Positions 28,695 to 38,088 of a stretch of 64,000 nt of DNA are shown in pieces. A program made the position numbers and the translations under genes. Below the pieces are notes generated by a model. That model was not told the DNA's origin. It did no database searches and saw nothing but the letters and a program-made list of their open reading frames with translations. Origin of the DNA: a virus; the IMG/VR virus record IMGVR_UViG_3300031143_000006, one strand, 5' to 3'. Position 1 is the stretch's first letter. The number at the start of each line of letters is the position of its first letter.

Positions 28695-29265
28695 GAATAG
28701 AATAAAGGAATTAAGCAAAGAAGCGGGTAGCAAGTCAAAGGCTAGATCTGCATCTGAGAAATGGTTTAAGGAAAGTTCTAAATCTAGGTCATTAACAGAG
28801 GCTCAGCAGACTAGATCAAGGTTTGAACCAGGTAAAATATACGTGTTTGATTATAAACCCATCACAAAAGATTTACCATGGTTTGATGCAAGCCCTCTAG
28901 TTCTAGCGTTAGAGCATAAAGGAGAAAATGACTTAGGTATTAATTTAAACTTACTACCTAATAAAATTAAAGAGGAATTATTAGATACATTATATGATAG
29001 GATGAAAGGTCAAATCAAAAATGCAACCTCAGGTAAACGAGGAGAAAATGCATTAAGACAGGCTCCTTTAAGAATTACATACGAAGGCATGTCAGCTTAC
29101 CTTAAAAGATATGGATATGATTTTGCAATCAGACAATATGTACCTAATAGAAAAATAAGACAAACAGTGGTTAGTTACACTAAATGGCCAGAAATTGCAT
29201 TATGCGATTTTATAGAGCTACATGGTACGACGATAGCCCAAATTAGAAGAATGTTTTTTAGCTAA
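28681..29265 (+). CDS. hypothetical protein (194 aa). By synteny it may be gp53/gp2-like.
   Basis: ORF overlapping the gp4 gene by 14 nt. Confidence 0.3.
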   Translation: MGYVKNRIKELSKEAGSKSKARSASEKWFKESSKSRSLTEAQQTRSRFEPGKIYVFDYKPITKDLPWFDASPLVLALEHKGENDLGINLNLLPNKIKEELLDTLYDRMKGQIKNATSGKRGENALRQAPLRITYEGMSAYLKRYGYDFAIRQYVPNRKIRQTVVSYTKWPEIALCDFIELHGTTIAQIRRMFFS

Positions 29266-29306
29266 TAAAAACAGAATATATAAACAAATATAATAAAGTA
29301 ATAACT

Positions 29307-30902
29307 ATGGCAGGATTCGTAGAGAGAAATGGCCCTTTAAGTTACAATAAGAAATCATTTAAACTAAAAGATCAGTTGAAAAAACTGTCTTCTTTTGGAA
29401 TGTTTTATGATGATTTAGTACTTAGACAATCACAGGCAATTGGACCAGTAGAGGATAAAATAGGATTTGGTCAGATGAACCAAATGGGATTAGACTCTGA
29501 TGATATGTATGGCGCATTCGCAGCATTATCAATGTCAGACACTAATATGCGTAAGAACATTCCGTTCTTCGATCAAGCATATGAGGGAAAACGTGAAGAA
29601 CTAAGAGCGTTTTCAACGTATGACGAAATAGAAGACATCTTAGATATTCTTTGTGATGAATCTATTGTATATGATAACAAAAACTTTTTCGCAAATCCTG
29701 AAATTATAGGGATGGATGTTTCTGAAGACGTTACTAAATATCTTCAAAAATCATTTAGAAATATTTACCAATATTTTGGTTTTACACAAGATCAATCAGC
29801 ATGGTACTATTTTAGAAAATTCTTAGTTGATGGTTATTTATCATTTGAGATTATATATAGCCCTGATCAAAGTGAGATTATTGGTTTTAAAGAAATTGAT
29901 CCTATTACACTAGTTCCGGGATATAATAAAGAAGACAAAAAGAAAGTTTGGACTCAGTTTAAAGACGATCCAATTAAAGAAAGAGTCCTATATGATTCAC
30001 AGATCATTTATATCTCTTATTCATCTATTACTACAGCATCTAGGGTAAGTTACTTAGAACGTCTTGTTCGTTCATTTAACTTAATGAGAATTATGGAACA
30101 CACTAGAGTTATTTGGGCAGTTACAAATTCATCTTACAGAATGAAATTTATTATCCCAGTCGGTGGTAAATCTAAAACTAGAGCAAAACAATCTCTTGCG
30201 CAATTAATGCATAACTATAAAGAGGTTGTAGATTTTGATTGGGAATCTGGGTCATTAATGACCGATGGTAAACCAATGTTACAATTTAATAAAGAATACT
30301 GGTTACCTTCAAAAGATGGTGAACAACCAGAAATCGAAACATTAGGTGGAGAAGGTCCTGAATTAAGCGACACTGAAGCACTTAAATACTTTACAGATAA
30401 ACTTAAAGCAGTTTCTAAGATTCCATTCAACAGATTCATGTATGAAGATGGTGGAGGAGACTTTAACTTAGCAGCTGATGGTATGATTAGAGATGAAATT
30501 AAATTCTCTAAATTTATCAAAAGATTAAGATCAACATTCCAAGAAATACTGGTAAAACCCTTATACATTCAAATGTGTTTAAAATATCCAGAGTTTCAAG
30601 ATGATGCTGCATTCAAAACACAAATATCTTTACAATTTATTGAAGAGAATATGTTTGCAGAACTTAAACATATGGAAATAATGGAACGTAGAATAAACTT
30701 CGTTACAGAACTTAAAGATTCTTTAGTTGAAACAGATCCAACGACTATGGAAGAAACATCATACTTTGATCAAGACTTCTTAGTAGATCGTTACCTGAAA
30801 TTATCACCAGATGATAAAGCAGCAAATGACGCATATAAAGCTCGTAGAGCAGCAAAAGATGCAGAAGAGCCTGAGGTTGATCCAATGGACATGGGAATCT
30901 AA
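29307..30902 (+). CDS. portal vertex protein (T4 gp20 homolog)
   Basis: 'EYWLPSKDGEQPEIETLGG', 'FSKFIKRLRSTFQEILVKPL' and 'FAELKHMEIMERRINF' align with T4 gp20 '[20 protein letters not shown]', '[20 protein letters not shown]' and 'FAELKEAEILERRINM'. Confidence 0.85.
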   Translation: MAGFVERNGPLSYNKKSFKLKDQLKKLSSFGMFYDDLVLRQSQAIGPVEDKIGFGQMNQMGLDSDDMYGAFAALSMSDTNMRKNIPFFDQAYEGKREELRAFSTYDEIEDILDILCDESIVYDNKNFFANPEIIGMDVSEDVTKYLQKSFRNIYQYFGFTQDQSAWYYFRKFLVDGYLSFEIIYSPDQSEIIGFKEIDPITLVPGYNKEDKKKVWTQFKDDPIKERVLYDSQIIYISYSSITTASRVSYLERLVRSFNLMRIMEHTRVIWAVTNSSYRMKFIIPVGGKSKTRAKQSLAQLMHNYKEVVDFDWESGSLMTDGKPMLQFNKEYWLPSKDGEQPEIETLGGEGPELSDTEALKYFTDKLKAVSKIPFNRFMYEDGGGDFNLAADGMIRDEIKFSKFIKRLRSTFQEILVKPLYIQMCLKYPEFQDDAAFKTQISLQFIEENMFAELKHMEIMERRINFVTELKDSLVETDPTTMEETSYFDQDFLVDRYLKLSPDDKAANDAYKARRAAKDAEEPEVDPMDMGI

Positions 30903-30918
30903 ATTATAAATAAGAACA

Positions 30919-31770
30919 ATGAAATATTTAAAATTATTTGAACAATTCGTTAACGAAGCAATAGAGCTGGTACATGTATATGATACTGACGGTTCTATGC
31001 ACGGAACTGGCGAACTAGTTAAAACAAAAGGTAAAAAATCTCTTGTTAGATGGGATGGTTCTCGAGAAGAGTGGTTTCCGTCAGAATTAGTAAAGTTAGT
31101 AGAATCAAACGTTAACGAAGCAAAGAAATTAGACAGAGACACGATGATGTCTTGGTTTAAAAGTAAAGGAAGGGACTTTGTAAAAACAAGTGATGAATTT
31201 AACGGAGAAGAATCTGGAATATGGTTAAGTAGGGAAGATGATGATAAACATATCGACCATACTTCTACAAGTTCTAAATTTGATAACAGTGTATTAAAGT
31301 CATTTAGAAAACAAGCAGCAGATAGAGGTTGGGAAATCACATTCCATGATAGATCAACTATAATGGTTTGGCCTGATTCTAATGAAGCAGCAAATGAAGC
31401 AGCAGTTAACGTAACTCCTGAATCAGATGTAGTTATTGATGATTACATGACAGATAACGGAGATGAGATTAAAGCTACTGAAATTGTTGGAGCTTTAGTT
31501 AGTTCTAAAACTGAAGATGAATATACAGAATACTTTTATACAACATTCGGCCAAGGTGCATTCACAGAGGCTGACATGTTCACTCTAATAAAGTATTACA
31601 ACGAATACTTAGAAGAATTAAATGCAGACGAAGTTGAAGCAGAAGAAGCCGAGGAAGAAGATCCTTTAGCAGATGCTGGAGTAGAAGATATTGAAACAAG
31701 CGATGATACTGAAGGAGAATCTGATGATGATGATCCAATTGAAGATGAATTAGCCGCATTAGAAAAATAA
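30919..31770 (+). CDS. hypothetical acidic protein with the MKYLKLFEQF N-terminus. By synteny it may be a prohead core/internal protein.
   Basis: Highly acidic C-terminus (EAEEAEEEDP...DDDDP). It sits between the portal and prohead protease genes, as gp67/gp68 do in T4. TATAAATA lies 7 nt upstream of the ATG. Confidence 0.35.
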   Translation: MKYLKLFEQFVNEAIELVHVYDTDGSMHGTGELVKTKGKKSLVRWDGSREEWFPSELVKLVESNVNEAKKLDRDTMMSWFKSKGRDFVKTSDEFNGEESGIWLSREDDDKHIDHTSTSSKFDNSVLKSFRKQAADRGWEITFHDRSTIMVWPDSNEAANEAAVNVTPESDVVIDDYMTDNGDEIKATEIVGALVSSKTEDEYTEYFYTTFGQGAFTEADMFTLIKYYNEYLEELNADEVEAEEAEEEDPLADAGVEDIETSDDTEGESDDDDPIEDELAALEK

Positions 31771-31831
31771 AACTTTTAAAAAGGACACCCTTTAAAGAAG
31801 ATATATAATCCAAATATAATAAAATAATAAC

Positions 31832-33766
31832 ATGAGCAATATCACAAAAGACTTATTAATCCTAGAAAGATCCTCTTCAAGTTTAGACTTAAAGAACGAG
31901 AATGGGGTTTACGTGCTAGAAGGTATTTTCGGAGAGTTAGATAAAAAGAATAAAAACAATAGAATCTACACTGCTGAAGAATATTTACCGCAAATCGAAG
32001 CGCTACAGGACAAAATTAAAGCATCAAAATTGTTAGGTGAATTAGATCACCCATCAAACTTTGATGTATCTTTAAAGAATGTATCACACATTATTGAAGA
32101 ACTTACTTACGATAAAGAAAGTAAGCAAATTAAAGGTCGTATCAGGTTATTAGATACAGATGCTGGTAGACAAGCTAAAGCTTTAGTTGATGCCGGTGTT
32201 CCTTTACAAATTTCATCTAGAGCAGCTGGAGCTGTTGAATCAGATGGAAAAGTAAAAATCAAACAATTATTTACATACGATTTAGTTGCAGATCCAGGAT
32301 TTGCTAACGCTGAATTATCTAGAGTTAATGAATCTTATGGATTTGATAACGATTCAGACATATTAATATATGAAATTTCAGGATCAACTGAAAAACCACA
32401 AACCCAATTAACAATAGAAAATAAAGAAACAGAAACAATGGCAGAATCTAAATTTATCAATGTTGAAGACTTTAATAAATATTCTAAATATCTTTCTGAA
32501 GAAATGAAGTCTATTAAAGAAGCTTTAACAGATACTACTGGTATCGATAGCGAATTAAAAGAATTAAAAGAGTACGCTACTTATTTAGCAGAAAAGTTAG
32601 ATCAATCAATACAGTACTCGGAAGAAGTTGCTGAAAAGACAGATCAATCAATACAGTATACGGAACATGTTGCTAAAAAGACAGATCAATCAATACAGTA
32701 TACTGAACATGTTGCTGAAAAATTAGATCAATCAATACAACATGCTGATCATATTGCTGAAAAGACAGATAGATCAATACAGTATGCTGAAATGTTAGCA
32801 GAAAAAGTAGATCAATCAATACAGTACTCAGAACATATTGCAACTGGAGTTGATCAAATTAAAGAATACACTAATTATTTAGCAGAATCTTATAACGACG
32901 GTGCGGCAACTCACGAAAACTTATTAGAATACGTTGGATATTTAAAAGAGAACTTAGAAAAAGTTACTGAATACGCAGAATATGTTGCAGAAACAGTAAA
33001 TACTAATTTAATATTAGAAGACGAAGCTGGAATCCCGGCTGAAGATATAGAAACAGAAACTAAAGATGTTACGGAACCTGTAGTAGACACTGATGGCGTA
33101 GAAGTAGATAGTGATGTTAAAGACGTTGAAGCAGACCTAGAACTTGATGGTAAAGGAGACGCTGAAGGAGAAGAAATCAAAGAAGATAAAGCTGAAGAAG
33201 TTGAAAATGATAAAGCTGAAGTTGAAGAAGGGGTAGTAGACTCATTAGACGCTTATAAAAATTCAATCACTGAGAAATTACAATCATTAATTAATAAAGC
33301 TGAAGAGAAAAAGACAAATGATCCACATTTCTTTAGATTTATATCTGAATCATCACAATCAGAGTATAATGAATTAGAAGTTGAAGACAAATCTAAAGTA
33401 TTAGCTTCAATTGAAGGAAGAGGATTCTTAACAGAATCACAAATCTTAGGATTATGGAAAAACTCTTTATTAGTAGCAACTGCACAAAACGAACCAAGTG
33501 TTATCGCATTAATGCCTAGCGAATATAAGGAAACTTATTCTAAATTATCAGAAGCTAAAAAGAATCAAATCTTAGCACAATCTAAATATCACAAGTTAGA
33601 AACTTCTTACCAAGTAGCAAACTTCTGGCAAACTAGAGATTTAAGAGATACTTCAGTATTAATGGAGAAAGTAGAATTAATTAAAGAATCTAAAGAAGTT
33701 AAACCTACTATCGGATATGATACTACTGATATAGCAGCAGAAATTGCTAAGAAGTTCAAAAAGTAA
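31832..33766 (+). CDS. prohead protease (T4 gp21 homolog) fused to a long coiled-coil, repeat-containing, scaffold-like C-terminal region
   Basis: The N-terminal ~200 aa carry 'GELDHPSNF' and 'ISSRAAG', compare gp21 'GELNHP' and 'VSSRGLG'. The C-terminal 440 aa are acidic and helical with 6x tandem 14-aa repeats. Confidence 0.7.
   Translation: MSNITKDLLILERSSSSLDLKNENGVYVLEGIFGELDKKNKNNRIYTAEEYLPQIEALQDKIKASKLLGELDHPSNFDVSLKNVSHIIEELTYDKESKQIKGRIRLLDTDAGRQAKALVDAGVPLQISSRAAGAVESDGKVKIKQLFTYDLVADPGFANAELSRVNESYGFDNDSDILIYEISGSTEKPQTQLTIENKETETMAESKFINVEDFNKYSKYLSEEMKSIKEALTDTTGIDSELKELKEYATYLAEKLDQSIQYSEEVAEKTDQSIQYTEHVAKKTDQSIQYTEHVAEKLDQSIQHADHIAEKTDRSIQYAEMLAEKVDQSIQYSEHIATGVDQIKEYTNYLAESYNDGAATHENLLEYVGYLKENLEKVTEYAEYVAETVNTNLILEDEAGIPAEDIETETKDVTEPVVDTDGVEVDSDVKDVEADLELDGKGDAEGEEIKEDKAEEVENDKAEVEEGVVDSLDAYKNSITEKLQSLINKAEEKKTNDPHFFRFISESSQSEYNELEVEDKSKVLASIEGRGFLTESQILGLWKNSLLVATAQNEPSVIALMPSEYKETYSKLSEAKKNQILAQSKYHKLETSYQVANFWQTRDLRDTSVLMEKVELIKESKEVKPTIGYDTTDIAAEIAKKFKK
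32591..32850 (+). repeat. about 6 tandem copies of a 42-bp repeat (encoding DQSIQY[ST]EHVAEKT) inside the protease-scaffold gene
   Basis: 'gatcaatcaatacagta' recurs every 42 nt. Confidence 0.8.
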
Positions 33767-33932
33767 TAAAATTGCAAAAATAAATGAAAAAATGAAAAAA
33801 TCATTTATTTAGCAAAATAATACTGATATATAGTAATATAGAAATACAATCGATTATTAGTTAAGAAGCAAAAGACTAAAAAAGAATCGAAATAATAAAC
33901 AATAAAAACCATTAAAAAAAATATAAAACAAA

Positions 33933-35336
33933 ATGGCAAATTTAATTAACGAGTCTGAAATCAGAGCAACATGGTCACCGATCATCGAATCTGCAACCGG
34001 AATCAACGATGCTAACAAATTAGCATGGATGTCGACTTACTGTCACAACCATAAACTTTACGAAGACGCAACAATCATGTCTTTAGGAGATAATCCTGGA
34101 CCAATGAACTTAGCTGGTATGGGTGCTGCTGCATTTCCAACTGCTAACGCAAACGGATCTGGAGACAAATCGCCTTCTTTATTACCTTTAGCAATGCAAG
34201 TTGCTGCTCAAACTGTAGGTTTAGATTTAGTACCTGTAGTTCCTATGGCTGGACCAATGGGATTATTATCTTATTTAGACTTCACATATGAAGGTGGTAG
34301 ATTAGACAACAAAACTGCTCCTACTTATATCAAAACTACTGCTGCTAAAGCTGGAGCTGATGTATTAGTTGGAACTTCTAGAATTGACGGAAAGAACATC
34401 ATCAAAATTGTTGATGCTTTAGCTGCTGATGAAGCTTCTATTGCAGATAGATATGCTGCTGCTGAATTAGTAAAAGGATTAGAAGATCACATTAAAGGAT
34501 TTACTGCATCTGACGAAGCTGGAACACCTTACTCTAGAGAAGCTGGAGAATCTACTGCTGATAAAGTAATGGGTCTTTCTTTATTCTCTAAATCAATTGC
34601 TGCTAACACTTACCAAGTTGCTGCTGCAGTTACAAGAGAGCAAGTTCAAGATTTAAAACAATTCGGTGTAGATGCTGTTGCTCAAGTTGAGTCAGTATTA
34701 ACTAACGAATTAACTCAATCTATTAACCAACACATTTTAGGTAAAATCAGATCTTTAGGAGCTACTAACGTTGCTGAAGCATTTGGAGCTGCTGATTTAT
34801 TTGATATCGAATTAGCTGCACAAGTTAGTTTATCAGGTGGAGAAACTGTTGCATCAACTCACAGACAAATCTTAACGCAAGTATTAGCAGCTGCTAATTT
34901 AATCGCGAATAGAGGTAGAAGAGGAGCTGGTAACTTTGCAGTAGTTGGAGCACAGGTTGCTACAGTATTACAATCAATTGCTGGTTTCGTTGCAAACCCA
35001 ATGTCTAACACTATTTCTCAATCGGCTGGAGCAATCTATCCATTAGGAGCAGTAGCAGGTATTAATATCTATACAGACCCAACACAAGCTTGGAATTCTT
35101 ACGAAGTAGCTGTAGGTAGAAAAGGAGACGGAAACGGACCTGGATTAGTATTCATGCCTTATTTAATGGCTGAATCAGTACAAACAATCGCTGAAGGAAC
35201 TATGGCTCCTAAGATTGCTGTAAAATCTAGATTCGCATTAGTTGAAGCTGGACACCATGCAGAAACTCAGTATGTTACATTTAATGTAACTTCACCGGTT
35301 GCAAATGGATGGACTAACTTAATCAACTTATCTTAA
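33933..35336 (+). CDS. major capsid protein (T4 gp23 homolog)
   Basis: 'AAQTVGLDLVPVVPMAGPMG' resembles gp23 'AIPNLIAFDICGVQPMNSPTG'. 'GNFAVVGAQVATVLQS' resembles 'GNFIIASRNVVNVLAS'. The gene is followed by a strong terminator. Confidence 0.85.
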   Translation: MANLINESEIRATWSPIIESATGINDANKLAWMSTYCHNHKLYEDATIMSLGDNPGPMNLAGMGAAAFPTANANGSGDKSPSLLPLAMQVAAQTVGLDLVPVVPMAGPMGLLSYLDFTYEGGRLDNKTAPTYIKTTAAKAGADVLVGTSRIDGKNIIKIVDALAADEASIADRYAAAELVKGLEDHIKGFTASDEAGTPYSREAGESTADKVMGLSLFSKSIAANTYQVAAAVTREQVQDLKQFGVDAVAQVESVLTNELTQSINQHILGKIRSLGATNVAEAFGAADLFDIELAAQVSLSGGETVASTHRQILTQVLAAANLIANRGRRGAGNFAVVGAQVATVLQSIAGFVANPMSNTISQSAGAIYPLGAVAGINIYTDPTQAWNSYEVAVGRKGDGNGPGLVFMPYLMAESVQTIAEGTMAPKIAVKSRFALVEAGHHAETQYVTFNVTSPVANGWTNLINLS

Positions 35337-35372
35337 TAAGTAGATTGGCTTAACAACCATATAATTTCTAGA

Positions 35373-35404
35373 AAGGGTAACATTAATTTGTTACCCTTTT
35401 TTTG
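35373..35404 (+). terminator. strong intrinsic terminator (10-bp stem aagggtaaca/tgttaccctt plus T7)
   Basis: Perfect hairpin followed by TTTTTTT immediately after the capsid gene. Confidence 0.7.
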
Positions 35405-35449
35405 TGAATATATACTTATATAACAGAGAACATAAAAACTAATAAAATT

Positions 35450-36520
35450 ATGATAGATAAATTCGAAAGTTGGTTAAACATAATCAATGAAAAAATAACA
35501 AGTAATGTGATCATTGAAGGAGATGTTGCAGAAAATCCAACAGTATCGACAAGCACTGAGGTATCTGTATCTTCTGATCCAGTTCAATCTGATGGTAGAA
35601 AGGGATTAATGAGTGATGTTGACGCTATAATGACTTCATTAGATGCGTTATCAGTGGAGTTAAAAGAATCATTAAACGAAGATCTTATAGATAAGGCAGC
35701 AGGTGCAGCTGGGGTTGTCGGAGTTGCAGCAATCGCAGGACTTGGTATTGCTGCTAAAAAAGCATATGATTTTTCATTTAATGCCCCTAAGGCGAAAAAA
35801 GCACAAGATGGTGTTAACAAGTTATCTATTAAAATCGCAGGAATTGAGGCTAAATTAGCAGATGCTAAAGGAGAAATGAAAGATAAGATAAAAGTAAAGA
35901 TAGATGCATCTAAAGAACAGAGAGATTCTCTACAGTCAGATGTTGATGCAAAATGGGGAGATAAGTCTACTGTTGTTAAAAAAGCATTAGCACTTTCTAG
36001 AAAAGAAGGTAAAATTGCTGTATTAAATATAACGATGGGAAATGGATCACCTAAACAACAGGCTGACACGAAGGCTCAATTAGCTAAATTGAAAACTTCA
36101 ATAGTACAAGATCAGGCAGATTTTATAAAATCTAAACCAAGTAAAGAAGCAAAGGCTGAATTGGATGACGCAATAAAACAAGATAAAAAAGAAAATCCTC
36201 CAGCTAAAACCCCAACCGATAATGCAGATGAAAAAACTATTAAAGATAGAGAAGTTAAAAACAAAAAGGATGGTCAATTAAACAGAGTAAATGATATGAT
36301 TGCTAAAGAGCAAGATAGAATGGACGCTGCTGGAACTGAAGAAAGCCCTAAATTAGATAAATTGAAAAAACTAATGGACAAGATATCTGCTAAAGAATCT
36401 TGGCAAATTGAAGGTACTGAATTAGGTAGATTATTTGAAATGGAAATCTCTAAATTAGAAGCAGATGATATGCTTACAGAATCAATATCAATTAGAGAAC
36501 GTTTTTCTAAGTTAATTTAA
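35450..36520 (+). CDS. hypothetical Lys/Ala-rich protein (356 aa) with N-terminal MIDKFESWLNIINE|K. It may be a head-associated or internal protein.
   Basis: Low-complexity, coiled-coil-like sequence. It sits downstream of the MCP gene. Confidence 0.35.
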   Translation: MIDKFESWLNIINEKITSNVIIEGDVAENPTVSTSTEVSVSSDPVQSDGRKGLMSDVDAIMTSLDALSVELKESLNEDLIDKAAGAAGVVGVAAIAGLGIAAKKAYDFSFNAPKAKKAQDGVNKLSIKIAGIEAKLADAKGEMKDKIKVKIDASKEQRDSLQSDVDAKWGDKSTVVKKALALSRKEGKIAVLNITMGNGSPKQQADTKAQLAKLKTSIVQDQADFIKSKPSKEAKAELDDAIKQDKKENPPAKTPTDNADEKTIKDREVKNKKDGQLNRVNDMIAKEQDRMDAAGTEESPKLDKLKKLMDKISAKESWQIEGTELGRLFEMEISKLEADDMLTESISIRERFSKLI

Positions 36521-37014
36521 GATTTAGAATTCTTACGAACAAGTTTTAAGAACTCCTTCTGTTGATTCAGTAGGAGTTTTTTTACGTGTTTTTGAAAGCG
36601 AACCGATGATTCCATTATTCTAGAATCTATGTTTCCACCTAAAGTGTCGTGATATTCTGGATGAACAAAGTTTTCAACGCTAAAATCATTGATATTAGAT
36701 CTAATAGGCTTTTCACTTAACGCGCATTCCCAATCAATTGTATCGTAACTTTCCTTTAATTCCTCCATTTTAACAAATTCATCAGTAGACCAATCATAGT
36801 ATAACTTATCGAAACGATCTACATGTCGATGTCTACATAATTCAAATATAATTTGTAAGAACTGATCATCCTGGGCACGTTCCTTTATAATAGGATGTTC
36901 CAATAATAATCTACGCTGTTGTTTTGAGATAGAGTCGTATCGGACACCATACCTATTCCTAGGGTAAGGTCCACCAGTTCTCTTTATCTTAGGGTATTTT
37001 TTATTGTATGCCAT
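36517..37014 (-). CDS. hypothetical protein (165 aa), the only convincing minus-strand gene; weak HNH-like C/H cluster
   Basis: Clean ORF whose stop overlaps the stop of the convergent upstream gene. 'ELCRHRHVDR' is a Cys/His cluster. The N-terminus is basic. Confidence 0.4.
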   Translation of the reverse strand: MAYNKKYPKIKRTGGPYPRNRYGVRYDSISKQQRRLLLEHPIIKERAQDDQFLQIIFELCRHRHVDRFDKLYYDWSTDEFVKMEELKESYDTIDWECALSEKPIRSNINDFSVENFVHPEYHDTLGGNIDSRIMESSVRFQKHVKKLLLNQQKEFLKLVRKNSKS

Positions 37015-37076
37015 ATAGTCTATTTATCTGAAACATTTCACAATACCTTTGTATAATAAACCTAAACACATACTAG

Positions 37077-38027
37077 ATGATTCACGCACTATTTACAGAA
37101 AAATACAGACCCAAAAACCTAGAAGATTTGATTTTACCAGAAAGGGTAATGTCGAAATTCAAAGATGGTTTATCGCAAAACATATTACTTGCAGGATCTC
37201 CTGGTACTGGTAAGACTTCAACTGCTAAAGCCATAGTGCAGCAGTTTAATTTACCATACCTTTATATTAATGCATCGACGGATACTTCAGTTGATGTTAT
37301 TAGAACACGAATAACAGATTTCTGTTCAACAATGTCTATATTAGATGATAGAGACAAATTTAAAGTAGTTATATTAGATGAGGTTGATGGAGTATCTGAC
37401 CAGTTCTTTAAAGCATTAAGAGCAACGATGGAGACTTTCGCATCAAACTCTAGATTTATTGCAACATGTAATTACATTAATAAATTACCAGATCCGATTC
37501 TTTCAAGATTCGAAGTAATTAATTTTGATTTTGATAAATCTGAAGAAACAGAATTAACAAAGAAATATATCAGAAGAGTATATGATATTTGTGGAAAAGA
37601 AGGAATGACAATTGAAAAACCAGCATTGGTTGAATTCGTTAAACGTAACTTTCCAGATTTAAGAACTACTCTTAATAAATTACAAGGATATAAAACACAA
37701 GGAACTACTAATATAACAGTAGCGGACGTTAAGAAATTCAATTCAGTCTATAAAGATGTATTTGAATTAATATTTAATGAAACAGATCCAGTAAAGAACT
37801 ATCAGCAGATTGTTGGAGAGTATTCAAATAGAGTTGATGATGTACTACAAACGCTAGGAGATGAATTTATACAATACATCCAGGCTGAAAAACAATCAGC
37901 GGTTAGATTTATTCCACAAATTGCAGTTACTGTAGCAAAACATCAAGCTCAACGTAACCTGGTAATCGATCAAGTCATTACCCTTTTATCATGCGTATAT
38001 TCCTTACAAGAAATAGTTAGACAATAA
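37077..38027 (+). CDS. clamp loader large subunit (T4 gp44 homolog, RFC-like AAA+)
   Basis: 'EKYRPKNL', Walker A 'GSPGTGKTS', 'ILDEVDG' and the sensor motif 'SRF'. Confidence 0.8.
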   Translation: MIHALFTEKYRPKNLEDLILPERVMSKFKDGLSQNILLAGSPGTGKTSTAKAIVQQFNLPYLYINASTDTSVDVIRTRITDFCSTMSILDDRDKFKVVILDEVDGVSDQFFKALRATMETFASNSRFIATCNYINKLPDPILSRFEVINFDFDKSEETELTKKYIRRVYDICGKEGMTIEKPALVEFVKRNFPDLRTTLNKLQGYKTQGTTNITVADVKKFNSVYKDVFELIFNETDPVKNYQQIVGEYSNRVDDVLQTLGDEFIQYIQAEKQSAVRFIPQIAVTVAKHQAQRNLVIDQVITLLSCVYSLQEIVRQ

Positions 38028-38049
38028 TTTTTTTATGTCGCAAAAAAGG

Positions 38050-38067
38050 TTTATATTTACTTATAAA
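38050..38067 (+). promoter_or_regulatory. conserved promoter-like element, copy 3 (TTTATATTTACTTATAAAAC)
   Basis: Motif copy upstream of the rnh gene. Confidence 0.45.
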
Positions 38068-38088
38068 ACAAAATAAAAAACACAAGAT

